A DNA stretch of 64,000 nt from the human T2T-CHM13v2.0 reference genome, Homo sapiens, in the NCBI RefSeq assembly GCF_009914755.1, contig NC_060934.1. The stretch is one strand, 5' to 3'. Each line of letters begins with the position of its first letter. Position 1 is the stretch's first letter. Below are positions 42,454-60,740 of the stretch, piece after piece. The position numbers were made by a program, and so were the translations under genes. The notes beneath the pieces were generated by a model. That model was not told where the DNA came from. It worked only from the letters and a program-made list of their open reading frames with translations, and made no database searches.

Positions 42454-43177
42454 TAACAGAAAAGAGGAGGAAAAGTTCATAATCTAACTTACATTTTATA
42501 TATAACTTACATTTCATACCCTATTCCCTTTCCCCTACCCATCTTGTTTAAAATTTAGACTCTTACCACCAAATAATTACACTTTTTCTTCTCCCAGCCT
42601 TTGTTAGTCATGAATAAATGTAATGCTTTTGTCCTTGGTTTGGCTGGAGGTTCATCATTTACATAATCACCATTGTTGGGGTAATGTCACATGAGCTTAC
42701 TATCCTTTTGTTAGAATTTTAGAAGCTCAATGATTTTGAAAGCCTTTGCAAGCCTAACTGATAACTAAGGAAATACAGAATTGGAAAATACCTGATATGT
42801 GTAGCTTCCAGGAAAGATTAAGATATTCTAATAATATTTCAAAATTGGGAACCTCTTTTGGGTTAACTGACAACTTCCTACTATTTTTTTGTGCTATAGT
42901 TCATACTTTTTTTTCCTTAACCATTTGTAGGTTAGAGAAATTATATCTTACCTTCACTCTCAAAATTAAGTAATCCTCTTAATATCACTATCTATAATTT
43001 GTGAGAAGTGACTGAAAATAGATAATATTTAAGATTAGGTCTCAAGTTTCAAAAATATATATTTACTTAATAGTGGATTCAAGGACTAGCATACTTCAAC
43101 CTATACCACAGACATATTAAAAATGAAGTATTTAGTTATGATATTATCTCCAAAATTGTATGGTTTAGCAAAGATAA

Positions 43178-43649
<472 letters not shown>

Positions 43650-44265
43650 TAATACCACATTTAGGTGACTAACAATACAAATCCAGTTTTCTATGGTTTA
43701 GCCTGAGTAAGAAGAAAATACCTGGGAGATGCTTAACAAAATGTAAATGGTTTTTTACAAGCAAAAGTTTGTAAAGTACGTTTTGGAGCTTACCTTATAA
43801 AATGTGGTATGCTATCATGACCTGCTGGTGAGTGTGTAAACTGATACAGGCTGAGTGCATTAGCATACAGATTCTACTCATAAATTTTTTCTGAGCAAAT
43901 GATTGCGGTTGTTCACAAAAATATAGCCTCTAGTATCAAATTAAAATGTTAACAATTCAGTAATAGTTTATGGTAGACACAAATTGTCCATTAAATATAA
44001 TATATAGCCAATAACATGGAAAGATATTTATTATGTGGTGCTGAAATCAAGTTATACGCATATGTGGACACATATTTATGTACACACATGCATACCTGTA
44101 TATTTGAAGACATGTGCAGGCTTTCAGAGAAATATTCTGGAAGCATATTCATTAAGGTGATAACTGAGCCCTGCACCCAGGATGGAATAATATTTTAATT
44201 GTTTTCTTATTTCCTTTTTAATGATTTATTTTTTATATTTTTAAAAAAGTATTTTAATTTAATAA

Positions 44266-44596
<331 letters not shown>

Positions 44597-45448
44597 AGTG
44601 TTTTTAATTAGAATGAGGTCATGCTTACTTTACCACCAGGATTTTTTTTTTATTTATACAATGAAATTCATCACTTAATGACTTTTTGAACTGGACCACG
44701 TTAAGTCCATATTCTTCAGGTGTTGCTTATTTATAAAATAAAGAACATGATTTCTGTCTTAGTACTTTGTCCTGAGCATTAGTGACTATATATCAAACAT
44801 AATTTTTAGCAAAATCCTGGCAAGAATTTGTTGTCCTATATGAAAGACATTGTTTTTCAATTATTTTATGAAGTTCAGGTATTTTTCTTAGTCTTACACT
44901 AAAGTAGGCCACACCCTTAGAAGGAATTTATTCTAAATATATATTTTAACAACTATTTAGAGAGTCTTCTAGTTTATCTAGAATTTGCTTTTGTGAGTTA
45001 TGAAAACCTTTTATAAAAATGTAATTCAAAAATAAAGAAAAAGAGAAGCCGCTGGATTCTAAAAGTGTTAGAGCTCAACTAATCTACAGGTGTTGATAGA
45101 TTACTTCTGAAATGTGAGTTTCTATCTCATTTTAGTGCTTAATTCTTAACTGGTTGTTTGTATGTTTAAGGAATATATCACAAAAATGGAAATCTAATTT
45201 TAGTATAGTTTTTACTGTCTTGATTTCTTTTTTTAATGTAATTTTGTTGATTGTGGATTATTTACAATGTTAGTTAAATTATGTAATCAGTGTAAATATA
45301 TGCAATCATGCAATTTAATTAGGGAAAGTCATTTAGGAAAGCAATGTCAGAATTCAGACATTCATAGCATTTTAGAAATTCTTGGGAACTTTATTTTAAA
45401 ACTGCTACTTGGATGAACAGTAGTTCATATCCAGATTTAAATGTTTTA

Positions 45449-45823
<375 letters not shown>

Positions 45824-47509
45824 TCAGTTTGTGAATACCCAATATTTCTTTGTTAAATTTATAGTGATGTTGAAATTTCTATTTCTCATCATTTTCCCTT
45901 TTTTTTTTTTTTTTGGCTTAATGTTCTACCATTTTGAGGAAAGAAGCTAAATGAAAAGTGATTTTTTAAATTCAAAATCATATGTTTACCTAGAGAAACA
46001 TGTTTTTCAAATCAAAATATTTCACCCCTAATACTACCTTGAATTAATCAGAATGGGAACTGGGTAAGTTGATGATAATGGGGTTATGATTTATCTGATT
46101 TAAATCATATACAATTTATAAAACATAATCAGATAGAAGTACATCTATTGGCTGTCGTCTCTGGTCGTTGGATAAGTCAGCCTGGGCTCAATGTTGCACC
46201 ATTATGGATTCCAACCCCACAAACTGAATATAATGTTATGACAATGTGGAATGAGATTGAGTCTATCAGAGTCTATCAGACATCTGGCAGCCTAGATTTA
46301 ATAGAAGGCCCTCGGTGATTTGGGTCCGAGACATTTGCAGATCATCTCTCACACTGGGTACCATTAAAAGAATTGATTACATCTGGCCTCTTCTGCCTCA
46401 GCCATTTCATATTTTCCATAGTGAGGTATTGGCCATGATTGGTCCTTGTTTACAGAATTTTCCATCTCCCCTGGTTGGCGGACTCAAACTTTTCATGCAG
46501 TGGGACTTACCTGTTAGTTCAGAGCCCTCATTATAAAATTAGCCCAATATAGGAAACAAGAGCAGTTTGAGATGACTAAAGATGAATAGCAGTGTGAAAG
46601 TGTTTTACCAAGTGGTTTTAGTTGATTGTTGTGCTCTGGAACCACTAAACTATCATAGCACATGAATTTCCACAAATAAAATAGAAAACTTGAAAATCAA
46701 TGTAGAATATTTAATATATGACCCCAAATAGCCTAAAGTACAAAAACTAGACACTTAGCTAAACTGGAGGGTAGTAGACTTTTCTAGGTGGGAAGAACCA
46801 TATGGCTATAAAGCTGCACCCTATCATTTCACCAATGGTGGGAAGTTACATACCTAAACATTTTATGTGGTTTCTGGGTTTATGATGCAATGTTCTTTGT
46901 GAAAAATCACAAGAATCTTATTAAAAAATAGATTTTCAGATTTCATTAAATGCTCTTTTCCTATTCATAGGTTATTTGTGGATTATGGCTCCTGTGGAAA
47001 GAAGCCTATTCCTTAAATAAATCACACAGATTTTATATGAAAATTCAGTGGATGCTCTGAGTTCTTTGATCATTTTCCTTTTATTATAAGATAAGAGATT
47101 ATCATTATCACAGTATAACAAGTGCTAAAATTGTCTTGAATTTCATTTTTCTTTTAAATTCCTACTAGACAGTTAGTAGAAAACCCTCAATTAATGCAAA
47201 GATTAATTGTTTTAAAGTACTTCCCAAATATTTCAAGATATAATAGAAAACAACAACCAATATTACTGTAGTATTACTTTCTGCTCCGTTTTTACCTTAA
47301 CAGCATTTCATTTCCTTCTATTAACAGAGTCACCATGATGGGATATCCTATTTCTTATTTGCTTTTCCTTGCTGAATTGTTTACAGATTTTTGCTGTTTT
47401 AAATAGCCCACTTTGCTTAGATTATTTTTTCTCCTTTGATTGTTTTCTTGTGTTATATCACTAGGCTTTGTCACAGATTGCTAAACTGATCCTCTGAACG
47501 ATTAATCAG

Positions 47510-47710
47510 AGGCAGATTAGACAGGAATTAAGACCTAGCCTCACGACTCGGCTCTGGCTGCCTCCCCGAACCATCACTGGACTTCTCACATACGTCAATT
47601 CCCTCATCTGTAAAATGGGATAATAATTCATGCCAAGCCCAAGCCCATTACTAACCCTAAATGAGGGTTATTGTTATTATTATTAACCTTTCATTAGAAG
47701 CAATGTGTAA
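47510..47710 (+). mobile_element. MIR fragment
   Basis: ttccctcatctgtaaaatggataataat. Confidence 0.6.
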
Positions 47711-47939
47711 AACAACTTTGTTTTATAATCATTAATACAGTTTTATTCTATTTATTTTTAATACTTTAGTAAAGATGTAGCAATACCTTACAGTTGTCTT
47801 AATTTTATTAATTATGGCTCATTAGGCTTGGCATACTTTATATTTTCCATAGGATAGTATATCATATAATTACACATAAAGTTATAATGTCTCTTTACTC
47901 TTTTATTTAATAGTAAAATTATAAACCGTTACATTTTAA

Positions 47940-48272
<333 letters not shown>

Positions 48273-48858
48273 AAGTGTGTATTTTGGATTGAGTGCCTGT
48301 TTAATTGGATTTTCCCGTTCTGTTTTGTTTTATATATATATTTTTTAAATTGCCAAATGTTTTTCACCAAAACATTACCCTACAATGGCCCAAATTCCTG
48401 CAATGACTTCAAAGGCAGAGAAGGGTAAGGACAGAGAGTAGGGAATGTGCAGGGCACTTGCATCTTGGCCATAGGCCTGCATGGTTCTAATTCTCTGCTG
48501 CCTCAGAGATTGAACCCTTATGCCTCGAACTTCCAGAGTCATTCTCTGCTCATCTTCTAGTTTTAACTTAAAATTGTTCTTTTTTTCATCTAGTTTCATA
48601 GCCTTTCAATCCCACATAGCCATGCCCACATTCTCCAAAAAGACATGTGTTATACTTCTTACTGATTTCATTAACCACAAAGAACAGAGATGATGAACTG
48701 CAATCATAAGTGTAGCTAAACATTACCCAACTGTCCAGTGAGCTATTTTGGGGTTAAGATCATCTTGGATAAAGAGAAGCTTTCATAGGTTCCCATTGTA
48801 TTCTCCTTTTTTTTTTTTTTTTAACCATTTTCTCTGACTACTTGGAAACATGATTAAA

Positions 48859-49190
48859 TTTTTTTTTTTTTTTTTTTTTTTTGAGACAGCTTCTTGCTGT
48901 CACCCAGGCTGGAAGGCTAGAATGCATTAGTATCATCATGGCTCACTGCAGCCTTGTCTTCCTAGGCTCAAGCGATCCTCCAACCTCAGCCTCCCACATA
49001 GCTGGGACTGCAGGCACACACCACCATACCCAAATGTTTCTCACCAAAATTTACTAAATTTTGCAGTTATAGTAGAGATGGGGTTTTGCTGTGTTACCTA
49101 GGCAGGTCTCCATCTCCTGGTCTCAAGCAATCTGCTTGCCTCAGCCTCCCAAAGTGCTGGGATTAAAGGCATGAGCCACTGCACTCAGTT
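48859..49190 (-). mobile_element. AluJ
   Basis: catggctcactgcagcctt...ggctcaagcgatcctcc. Confidence 0.92.
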
Positions 49191-49286
49191 TAAAATCTTA
49201 ATAAGTTAGACAAGAGGTTTCATACATAAACTTTTAAGACACCGTCTCAGATGAGCAGTTAACCTGGTTAATCATTCATTTATTGA

Positions 49287-49588
<302 letters not shown>

Positions 49589-49696
49589 TGAATTTTTATT
49601 AAAAAACTTTAGATAGGTATTATATGCCAATGTCCATGCTTGTATTGATGGGACAAAAAATATAAATAAGCTAGAGTCTCTATTTTGAGACATCTC

Positions 49697-50252
49697 TGTA
49701 TCAGTGGTCCCCAAGACTACCCCAGCTTTGGTGATTTTGCTGGTGAGATTCACAAGACTCATCATATAGTCATGCTCATGGTTATGATTTATTACAGCAA
49801 AAGGAGACAAAGCAAAATTGGTACAGGGGAAAAGCACATGGGACAATGTCCAGGGAAACCAGGGCCAAAATTCCAAGAGTCCTTTCCACACACGGTATGC
49901 ATTTTATGTTTTCAGCAATGAATTGTTATAACACGTTCACAGTGTGAAATATTGTCTATCCCAGACGTTCATTAAAAACTCAGTCCCCAAGGTCCTACTG
50001 TGGGCTAGTCATGTAAACTATCTTTTGTCTAGCATGTACCAAAATTCCAGACTCCCAGAAGGAAGGAAGGTGTTCAGCATAAATCCCATTGTTTGTCCGG
50101 TTTAGGCACTGTGAGCCACTTTTATCAGTTAGGGAATGATGGGAACCGTCCCTAAATCTAAATTTCCAGATGCCAGATATGGGCCAGACTTGCAAATAGC
50201 ACTTTCTAAGGATAGCAGTCTCATGCCTTCTGTGTTAACTCTCCTCTGCACA
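49697..50252 (-). mobile_element. MER68-like ERVL solo LTR
   Basis: TG...CA ends. Reverse strand begins TGTGCAGAGGAGAGTTAACACAGAAGGCATGAGACTGCTATCCTTAGAAAG. 5-bp TSD atctc/gtctc. Confidence 0.8.
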
Positions 50253-50594
50253 GTCTCACATTCCAGTGGTGGTAGACATAAGAATGTTGAAGGAGTCAGG
50301 CAAAGGAATTACTGGATTATAGAAGAAAACTCAATTAGCTCTACCTGGGGGAGTCAAGAGAAGTTCATTTAAACAGACAATATTGAGCTGAATCTTGAAG
50401 GAGTTATCAGATTTCCCAAAGTCTTGGGGTAGGGTAAAGGCTTTCATCCATGCAATAGTAACTATATTCATTGTAGGTAAAGAAACTATTAAATTCTGTG
50501 TGATGGGAACATAGGCATGATGGGGACAAGGAAGAGATAGGAAAGTGGAACAAGAGGATGGGGTGTCTTATAGTTGAGTGGATATAAGGAGTCA

Positions 50595-51150
<556 letters not shown>

Positions 51151-51201
51151 AGGCTAGGAAGCCAGGAGACAAAAGATGATGGAAATGTGACCTGAGGCAC
51201 C

Positions 51202-51559
51202 TGTATTAGTCCATTTTCACCATGCTAATAAAGACATACGTGAAACTGGGTAATTTATACAGGAAAAGGGGGTTTAATGGACTTACAGTTCCATGTGGCT
51301 GGGGAGGCCTCACAATCATGGGGGAAGGCGAGGAGGGGCAAGTCACATCTTACATGGAGGGCAACAGGCAAAGAGAGAGAGGTTGTGCAGGGAAACTTCC
51401 CCTTATAGAACCATCAGATCTCATGGGACTTATTCACTATCACTAGAACAGCATGGGAAAGACCTGCCTCCATGATTCAATTATCTCCCACTGTTTCCCT
51501 CCCACAACACATGGGAATTCAGGATGAGATTAGGGTGGGGACACAGCCAAACCATATCA
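51202..51559 (-). mobile_element. THE1A/B solo LTR
   Basis: tgtattagtcc...ggggacacagccaaaccatatca. Perfect TSD GCACC. Confidence 0.93.
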
Positions 51560-54500
51560 GCACCTATGGTGGGAATAGAATATGAGGCAAAGTTCAACCT
51601 AGGAGACACAAAAGTCTTCCTCAGAGCTTTAATAAAATAGAGTGTCTAGGTCCCATTCAACTCCTTAGTATCTCTGAACCAAACATTCTGTAAGCTTTAT
51701 CTTCTGTAGCTACCTTAGTCTGTAATGCTGCCATTTAAAACCTCAAAGCTGGAGTAGTCTAGTTTATCGACATACCTAAAGATATAACTATTTTCTATAG
51801 AATTTTATCTTTGGTTCTGCAATGAATTGAGATGCAAAGACATATGGCATTCTATCTTAGCCAAATATTTTCATCTAGTCTCAAATGTATCTATCCAGCC
51901 AATCTGCTTTCAGTGAACAATCTGAATGTTTCAGAGGATTTACAATAGTGATTTGGTTCACTTGAAATGTGCAGGTCAAAGTGTTTGTCATAAGGTGCAG
52001 TAGAGATGGATCCTAATTACATAAGATGCATGTCAATTTATGCAGTTACTTTTTGGTGGTTTCACCTGTCTTATGTGTGTGCTTTGTATGTAAAACTCAA
52101 AAAATGTTCAAATGTTTTCAGCAAATAACTATTAATTAAATGCAAGATATTTTAATAAAATCATTAGAATAATACATAAACATATCCTTCCAAGCAAAGC
52201 TTTCTTCTCTTTTGCTTTTATATTATATTAGAGTATGTGATGACAAAAAAGAGACCTGCAAGATTTGCAAAGAATAATATGAGAATATATATGAGGATAC
52301 ACATGAATTTCCTGTTCTACTCTCAGATTAACTGAACGTTGTGGGGTTTCCTACTCATGTTTATTGGAAAAACAATGAAGAACTTTCTACAATAGTTTAT
52401 CTGCTATTATGATAAAAAATCTCAAGAATGTGTTAAGATCAATGTATATATTGTATTTACAGAAATGTGTTTTCAAAGCTTCGTCTTCTTATATTCCAAT
52501 GGGAATCAAGAGATGCATTTAGTGTTTCCATGAGCTATGTGATTAATGACTATAGCCAAATATGTTGGGGAAAATGATCTTTGAAGGTTTTTCCATCAGT
52601 GGTTTAATTAACATACAGTAGACCGAAAGCAAACAATCTGTTCAGCCAGACTATTCAAAGATCCCTGCTGTTGTTTTTGTTTTTACTGCAGCTGGAAAGG
52701 GAAAAATTATATCACATATATTCCTTCATCTTGCTTCTGAGTAATTTGTTTTGGTGCTGATTTAAAGAGTAATTTAAAACATTTGTATGAGTTTGAAAGT
52801 CTGTGAAATGCCTAGGAGTAATTTACAATATAGATAACGAAGCTGTGATTTTTCTGATTATCCTGTCTTTATTCTGTAAAACATATATTTTGACTTGTTT
52901 TATCTTCTCTAAAAATCATTTAGAAGTGGGATCAAAATCTAACTCAGTTTCATACTTTTCAGTCTTGATGAGCCATGTACTACTGAATTATGAACATATA
53001 ATAGGATTTCCTCTATGCACGACCAGGTAGCCTTGTTTATTCATGACATAACCAGAGAGAAAGAATTAGGTTTAAAATGCCAACCAAAAGAAGCAACCAA
53101 AAGGATATTCATGGATGCCAGGCCCTAAAGCTCACAAATGTTCTCATTAGAAAACACCTCAGGTTTTTCCTGAGATCCTGTTTACTCTTTGCAAACACAA
53201 TTAGAGCAAGCAAGAGATCTGTTTTCCAAGTTTGAGGTAGCAAATTCCAGGAGGCACAGAGATGGAGGTTTGTCAACATTTGACTGTAACAGCTGTCAAT
53301 GGTAACAGCAAGCGAGAGATACAAAATCATAAAACGCTGCTAAACAGTGGGGGAAAAAAAAATCAAACCTCAGCTGTCTAGAGACCAAACCTTGTAAGTG
53401 CTAGAGTAAGGATATATGCTTGTCTCATACCTGTCTGCTAAATTTACTGTTTCCTAATAATCTTACTAAAGGATGAGCTTGAATGTTCAGTACAAAAACA
53501 AGAGTTTGACACATTCATCAGACTTCTCAAATTTCAACTTAAGTGGGAAATAGAGACTTCATCGTTTCTAAGTTTTGGAGCTCCTTTTCATTTGTTCTCT
53601 AGAGAAGGAAGGCAGGAAGAAAAAATAGGAAAGCGAATTTGAGAAAGTTTAGAAGTAGAATCCCATGCAGAAGGCTCCTCCAGTATTAGGCATTCCGTTT
53701 ACTTTCTGTTCTGTGCCAGGATCCCAGAAGCTAATTTAAAAGGGGAGGGAAGGTGCTAATGGGTATTCCAGAAAGTTCTGTTTTGTCCTATGTTATAAAT
53801 ATCTAAAAAATGGTAAAAATTAACATCAAGGAGGAATAAGTAACACTTATTTAAAAGAAACCAAGAGCTGCTTTGAAATTCTGTTTTGAAGATTTTAATG
53901 AAGACAAATCCTTTGAAGTTGTAGGTGTTTGTTTTTTTTTTTCTGATTTACATTTTGAAAGACTGATAGGCCTCTGGTTGACACCATTGCCTTAGTGTGT
54001 ATGTTTTTTAAATACCATTTTTTTTATCTGGAATCATTTAATCTATTCTCTGAATGATGTTTGCTACCATTTCTTATCTAGGTTGACATTCTAACAAGGA
54101 TCCTGCATGGGTTTTCAGTGGTTCCTACATGACTCTTTGTGTTTGCATAGCTATGTCAGGGGTGTAACTTGCTAAGAGCTACTATAGCAAGTGCAAGGAA
54201 AATGCAGGTATCTGACATTGACCTAAGTGTTGTGCTAGGAGGTCTTATCTGGTTGTCATAAAGTTTTATTGCTGGGTTATAAGGTGCCTCATGTATGTTT
54301 GGTAATGAAGCAGGATATATAAATAAAGCAAGTAAAATTGCTTTATGTAGCTTTGCCTAAAACCGTAGGTCTCAGAGCCTGACACATTCTCAGGAAAAGC
54401 TGTCTGCTTTTGCAGGCAGGATGTTTTCATTCCCATTTAAAATATAGAATAACAAAAGCACGGAGACTTTTTAGAATTATGCCGGATCATACAACCAGCA

Positions 54501-55029
54501 AACCTACTAGACAGAATTCCAGCCCAAGAGTCCTGGATTCTTCCTTGCACAGTAGTTTTTTCATTACTTAATTTTGCCTGGTCCGATGATGCTTGCTCCA
54601 GAAAGACTGTCAACAATTCATTCGTCCACTCATTCAGTCAATCAATAAACACATTTTGAGTACTATCCAATGGCCAGTAGGGACAACAGTGTTATAAAAA
54701 GAGATATTTTCTACAGTGACGATGACAATACTGCTTAGATGTGCTTATTAAACACTTACTGTATGGAGGGCAGGAGGGTGTCCACACTCAGCCCTTTATG
54801 TACATGAGTTTTTTTTTTTTTGTTTTGTTTTGTTTTTTTAGCCTCTAACAATTCAATAAAAAGAACACAATGCTACATTTCTCTTGCTCTTGGGTTTCTC
54901 CCTGTGGAGTTTTGGCTACTTTGGTCTCTGTGGTCCTTTTGAGCTCTAACATTCTATGAGCTCAAGGAAAGGTCTAGATGGCAGACATCATGGTAGTGTT
55001 TCTCTCTGGTATGAGACAGGCATATATCC

Positions 55030-55107
55030 TTACTCTATGCATCATAATATCAGACAATAAGAGATCTTTTACTGTATGCATCATGACATCAGACAATCAG
55101 AGATCTT
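55030..55107. repeat. 39-bp tandem duplication
   Basis: ttactctatgcatcataatatcagacaataagagatctt / ttactgtatgcatcatgacatcagacaatcagagatctt (4 mismatches). Confidence 0.9.
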
Positions 55108-56291
55108 TGGTTTACTGTGAAACCAAATAATATCCTCTCTGTCTAGAAGAATTACTAGCACCTTTCTGAGTTGAAAAGGAGGTAGTTTAGGTAATTATGC
55201 CTGTGATTGGTAGTGGTAATCTTAAGTTAGTTATTAGAGTTCTAAGTAGCTGAATCATTGTATTATAAGCTGCATTAAATACATTTTGGTTTCTTAGAAT
55301 GTTCTTGTACCAAGGGGAACATAATGGCTGTAATTAAATCACTGCTCCTTCTGCCTTTTGGAACCCATATCTTGCCAGTTCTAAAACCCGTCCATTCATA
55401 TCTTTTACTAATAGTTGGGTAGAAGAAGGCTGTTCTTGTTCAGAAACTGAATTTCCAATACTTGTGGCATGCTTTCCCCTGCTGACCTACTGAAATGAGA
55501 GACGAGGAGCAATGATTAAATCTCATTTTTTCCTCCTGGAGTAGCAGGATGAGCTGGGTCAGCAAGGCCAGTCCCTGCAGATGACTTTAAAATGCCTTTG
55601 TGATTTGATCTCCTTGCCTTCCCATCCATTTCTGTAAGTGCCCATCACTGTCATCCTTTAGACCCTGACGAGATTTCAAGGTGAGAACGGCACAGATGAA
55701 CAAAAGTGCAGGGATGACTCCTGAGGGTCTTACTTATTAAATGGGTCAGGCAATGAATGAAGACTGGCTTGTAAGCTACAAGGTAGTTTCGCCCATTTAC
55801 ACGAAGACAATTTCATGTATTATTTAACCCGTTCCTATACACTGGTGTCTCTTTGCTGTCCAGCATGAAATAAATATGAAATAAATATAAGCTTACAAAT
55901 TAATGAGGTCTGACTTTTATTTTCAAAATAATCTGACAATTACTTGGTTTCATCCTTTTGTTTGGATTCTAGCTTGCTTTCTCAGAACAGCTAGAGAATG
56001 TGTATGAAGTGTGCGTGTGGAGGGGGCAAGGGAAGGGAATAAAAATGCATTGCTTCAGGGCTGCACATCTGTTTTTAAAAACTCTGCAAGATCTGCCCGT
56101 TAACCACTGTCACAACTCCTGGTGTTTCCTGCAATTGCATTCCAATCAGAGATGTTCGTACCAGCTCAAGATATTGCAAGTAAACAGATTTAACTGTTAC
56201 AAGTTAGTTTCCTATTCTCGTGCCTCACAGAATTCTTTTTTCTTCTCGAGCCGATAGCACTTGCATGTATGGTACACATAATGAGTGGTAA

Positions 56292-56537
<246 letters not shown>

Positions 56538-56798
56538 TAGTCTGGGTAATTGAAATGGATTAATGAATATATTTCATGTAGGTGCCCAACTTTTATATAG
56601 ACATAAGTTGTCTCTTCATCTCAATCTAGAAATTTTGGATTTCTTTTAAAGAACAATTTAATTCGTTAATAAATATAATAACTAAGCCACTTTACCATCC
56701 ATTAATTCATTTACAGACAAACACAGGCTTGGTGTGGTGATGACAGTGAGCAGTGAGGCATCAATACTGTGCCTGCTCTCAAGGAATTCATTGTGTAA

Positions 56799-57182
<384 letters not shown>

Positions 57183-57402
57183 TAGCATGAAGGAGAGTGT
57201 GATGAAACTGCTTGGGATTGAGAGTTGGGGTGTTGTCAAAGAGGCTTAGCCTAGAACTTGGCATTTAGATGGGGGCTTGACAGATTGAGAGGAGTTCACC
57301 TAACTGATGACCTGTTTATGGGAAGAGGGAGGGGCATGCTAGGCAGAGTAAATTTCCTCTGCAGTGGCTGAGGTGTAGAATGACATCTCCAGGACTGTCT
57401 CA

Positions 57403-57517
57403 TAGGGTGACCACTGGTTCCAGTGGCTTGGGGCCGAGAAGTTTTCTGGAACGTAGGATGGCTTCCAGTGTTAAATATGGAACAGTTCTGGACAAACTGG
57501 GATGATTGGTCCCTCTG
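57403..57517 (+). mobile_element. MER81-like hAT-Blackjack MITE
   Basis: tagggtgacca...ggacaaactgggatgattggtccctct, ~115 bp with terminal inverted repeats. Confidence 0.65.
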
Positions 57518-57752
57518 ACTGTGAGTTATTCTTTATTATGGTTGGAGCTATGAAGCGGAGGGAGGAGAATGGTCAGAGAACAGTTTGCTAAGTACAGACA
57601 TTTGCAGAGGGTGCATTTTAGGCAGATTTCAGGGTTGCTCGAAGGCCTCAAAGGTGGTGTTATTTCTTAAGTTTCTGTAGTCCTTAGCACTGCAAATCAC
57701 AAAATATGATCTTGCTTGTAAACTAGGTACAACAGAAACAAGCAAGTAAACT

Positions 57753-58514
<762 letters not shown>

Positions 58515-59998
58515 ACCTGAAGTTTCAGTTCCTACTTTCTCTGAGCTGACAGGCTTATGATTTTTAAGAACCAGGCAGCATTCTTTTTACTGCACCACAA
58601 TCCCTGAAATACTCATTATTTAAGAAAAAAAACTCAGTTTCCTGAAGCAGATATTACCTAGTCCTGCAAATAGTATCAAGGCATCATTTTGTTCCCTCAC
58701 AGTGAGAGAAATCTTCAAAAGATCTGAAGTATAGGCTGTGGGAATTCAGTATATTTGAAAAATACAGCAATTTCTCAAACCCCACTCCATGGCATTAGCT
58801 ATTATGTGGCCATGGTGTTGGCAGGCTGCCCCAGGCAGGTCGCTTACCAGGCAACGGTTGATGTGTCAGGAGCAGAAGTCTTATGATATCTATAAGAGGC
58901 TATTCTGACTCCTGCAGAGTGGCCTGCTATTTTGGCAATGATGATGTTATAGCAACTTGGGGTAGGCAACATAATTCTTCCCTGAGCCACTCTTTAGCTG
59001 GGGTGCAGCATCAAGAAAGGAGAACTGAATAGAAGCAGAGGCGTTTACTCTCTGCCCAGAACTAGGACTCGATGGATATTGAAAGGGAAAAACACATCCC
59101 TATTCGGCTAAAAGCCCAGACTTTGCCACGACAAAATGCAAAAAATCTGCACCCCCTAAGTATGTAAAGACTTTTAAATTTCTTCGAAAAAGGAAAGAGG
59201 AGAACACAGATTCCAAGAACTCTGTAATCTCTCCTGTGGGGTGCTGAATTTTCTTAATCATTTATAAAATAAGAAATCTCTTTGATTGGGGGTATATTAA
59301 CACTCCTGAAAATACAATCCCGGTGGTTACTGTAGCTGTAATTTTGTGATTCAGCCAATTTTTCTACTTTCTACCTTAACAGAGGGAGACCACAAAGTGT
59401 CAGGTTTGAATCAGTAAAAAGAGGGCAGAAGGATGGCCCAGGGGACTGTTTGGTGGGTACTCACCCAGGGCTAAGAGCTGCCAGGTACTGTGTGGATGCT
59501 CTTTTGTTTGGTCCACAGCAGCCTTGAAAGATTTGTGTCCCTGTGTTTTCTGGGCAATTTCAATGATTTTTTTACACGAGGGCAATTTCAGAGTTAGGTT
59601 TTAGTATTTTCCTAAGGTCTCCCATTAATGAGCATTCAAACCCTGCTGGTATTCAAATGCAAGCTTTGCCAGGCTTACAGGGTTGATCCTCTAGGCTTGA
59701 CGTTGCTCTTTCTAGCAAAAGGAAAGACAAATGACACTTGAATTATGTAGTGATTTTGAACAGCAGCAGCCCATGAGTATCCATAGGAGGGTAATTGTGG
59801 GGTTTCAGTCTGGCTCATAAAAGACTTGTTTTGAATCCAGGGTTGCATACTAAGAACACTGCTTTTATTTCAAGATTCATTTATTTTGTTGGGGTTCTGG
59901 GGATTGATGGAGATTATTGGGATCTAAAGTCCTCAAGTAGCTCCTTGGCACTGCCACTAGTTGCAGAAACAAAAATCTACCTCTGAAAGTTTGGAAAG

Positions 59999-60409
59999 TG
60001 TACTAGGCCATTTTTGCCTTCCTATAAAGAAATACCGAGACTGGGTAATTCATAAAGAGAAGAGGTTGATTTAGCTCACGGTTCTGTAGGCCCTACAGGA
60101 AGCATGGCTCCAGCATCTGCTTGGCTTCTGGTGTGGCCTCAGGAAGGTTTCAGCCATGGCAGGAGGTGAAGTGGGAGCAGGCGTGTCACATGATGAGAGC
60201 AGGAACAAGAGAGAGTGAGGGGCATGGTGCTGCACATTTTCAAACAACCAGATCTCTCCTCAACGCACTCATCACCAAGGGAATGGCACTAAGCCATTCA
60301 TGAGGGATCTGCCCCTGTGATTCAGACACCTCCCACCAGGCCCCACCTCCAACACTGGGATTACATTTCCAAATGAGATTCGGAAGGGACAAATACACAA
60401 ACCATATCA
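59999..60409 (-). mobile_element. MSTA/B MaLR solo LTR
   Basis: tgtactaggcc...aagccattcatgagggatctgcccc...aaaccatatca. Perfect TSD GAAAG. Confidence 0.92.
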
Positions 60410-60449
60410 GAAAGTTTTACGTATCCTGGCTCTTGAAATGGTATTTGTG

Positions 60450-60740
60450 GGCCAGGCGCAGTGGCTCACACCTGTAATCCCAGCACTTTGGTAGGCTGAA
60501 GTGCGCAGATCACCTGAAGTCAGTAGTTTGAGATCAGCGTGGCCAACAAGGTGAAACGTCATCTCTACTAAAAATACAAAAATTAGCTGGCGAGTGTCTG
60601 TAATCCCAGCTACTCAGGAGGGTGAGGATGAGAATTGCATGAGCACGGGAGTGTAGGTTGCAGCCAGCTGAGATTCCACCACTGTACTCCAACCTGGGCA
60701 ACAGAGCGAGACTCAGTCTAAGAAAAAAAAAAGGTAAAAA
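60450..60740 (+). mobile_element. AluSx-like
   Basis: Sense dimer. TSD aaatggtatttgtg/aaaaggcatttgtg. Confidence 0.94.

Noticed and set aside
46259-46280. 10-bp tandem duplication gagtctatca (also 12-bp at ~55865-55890)
   Set aside because: Ordinary slippage microduplications with no evident motif gain.
54576-54592. gcctggtccgatgat resembles the Y4 RNA 5' end
   Set aside because: The match is only ~15 nt, with no complementary 3' stem, tail or TSD.
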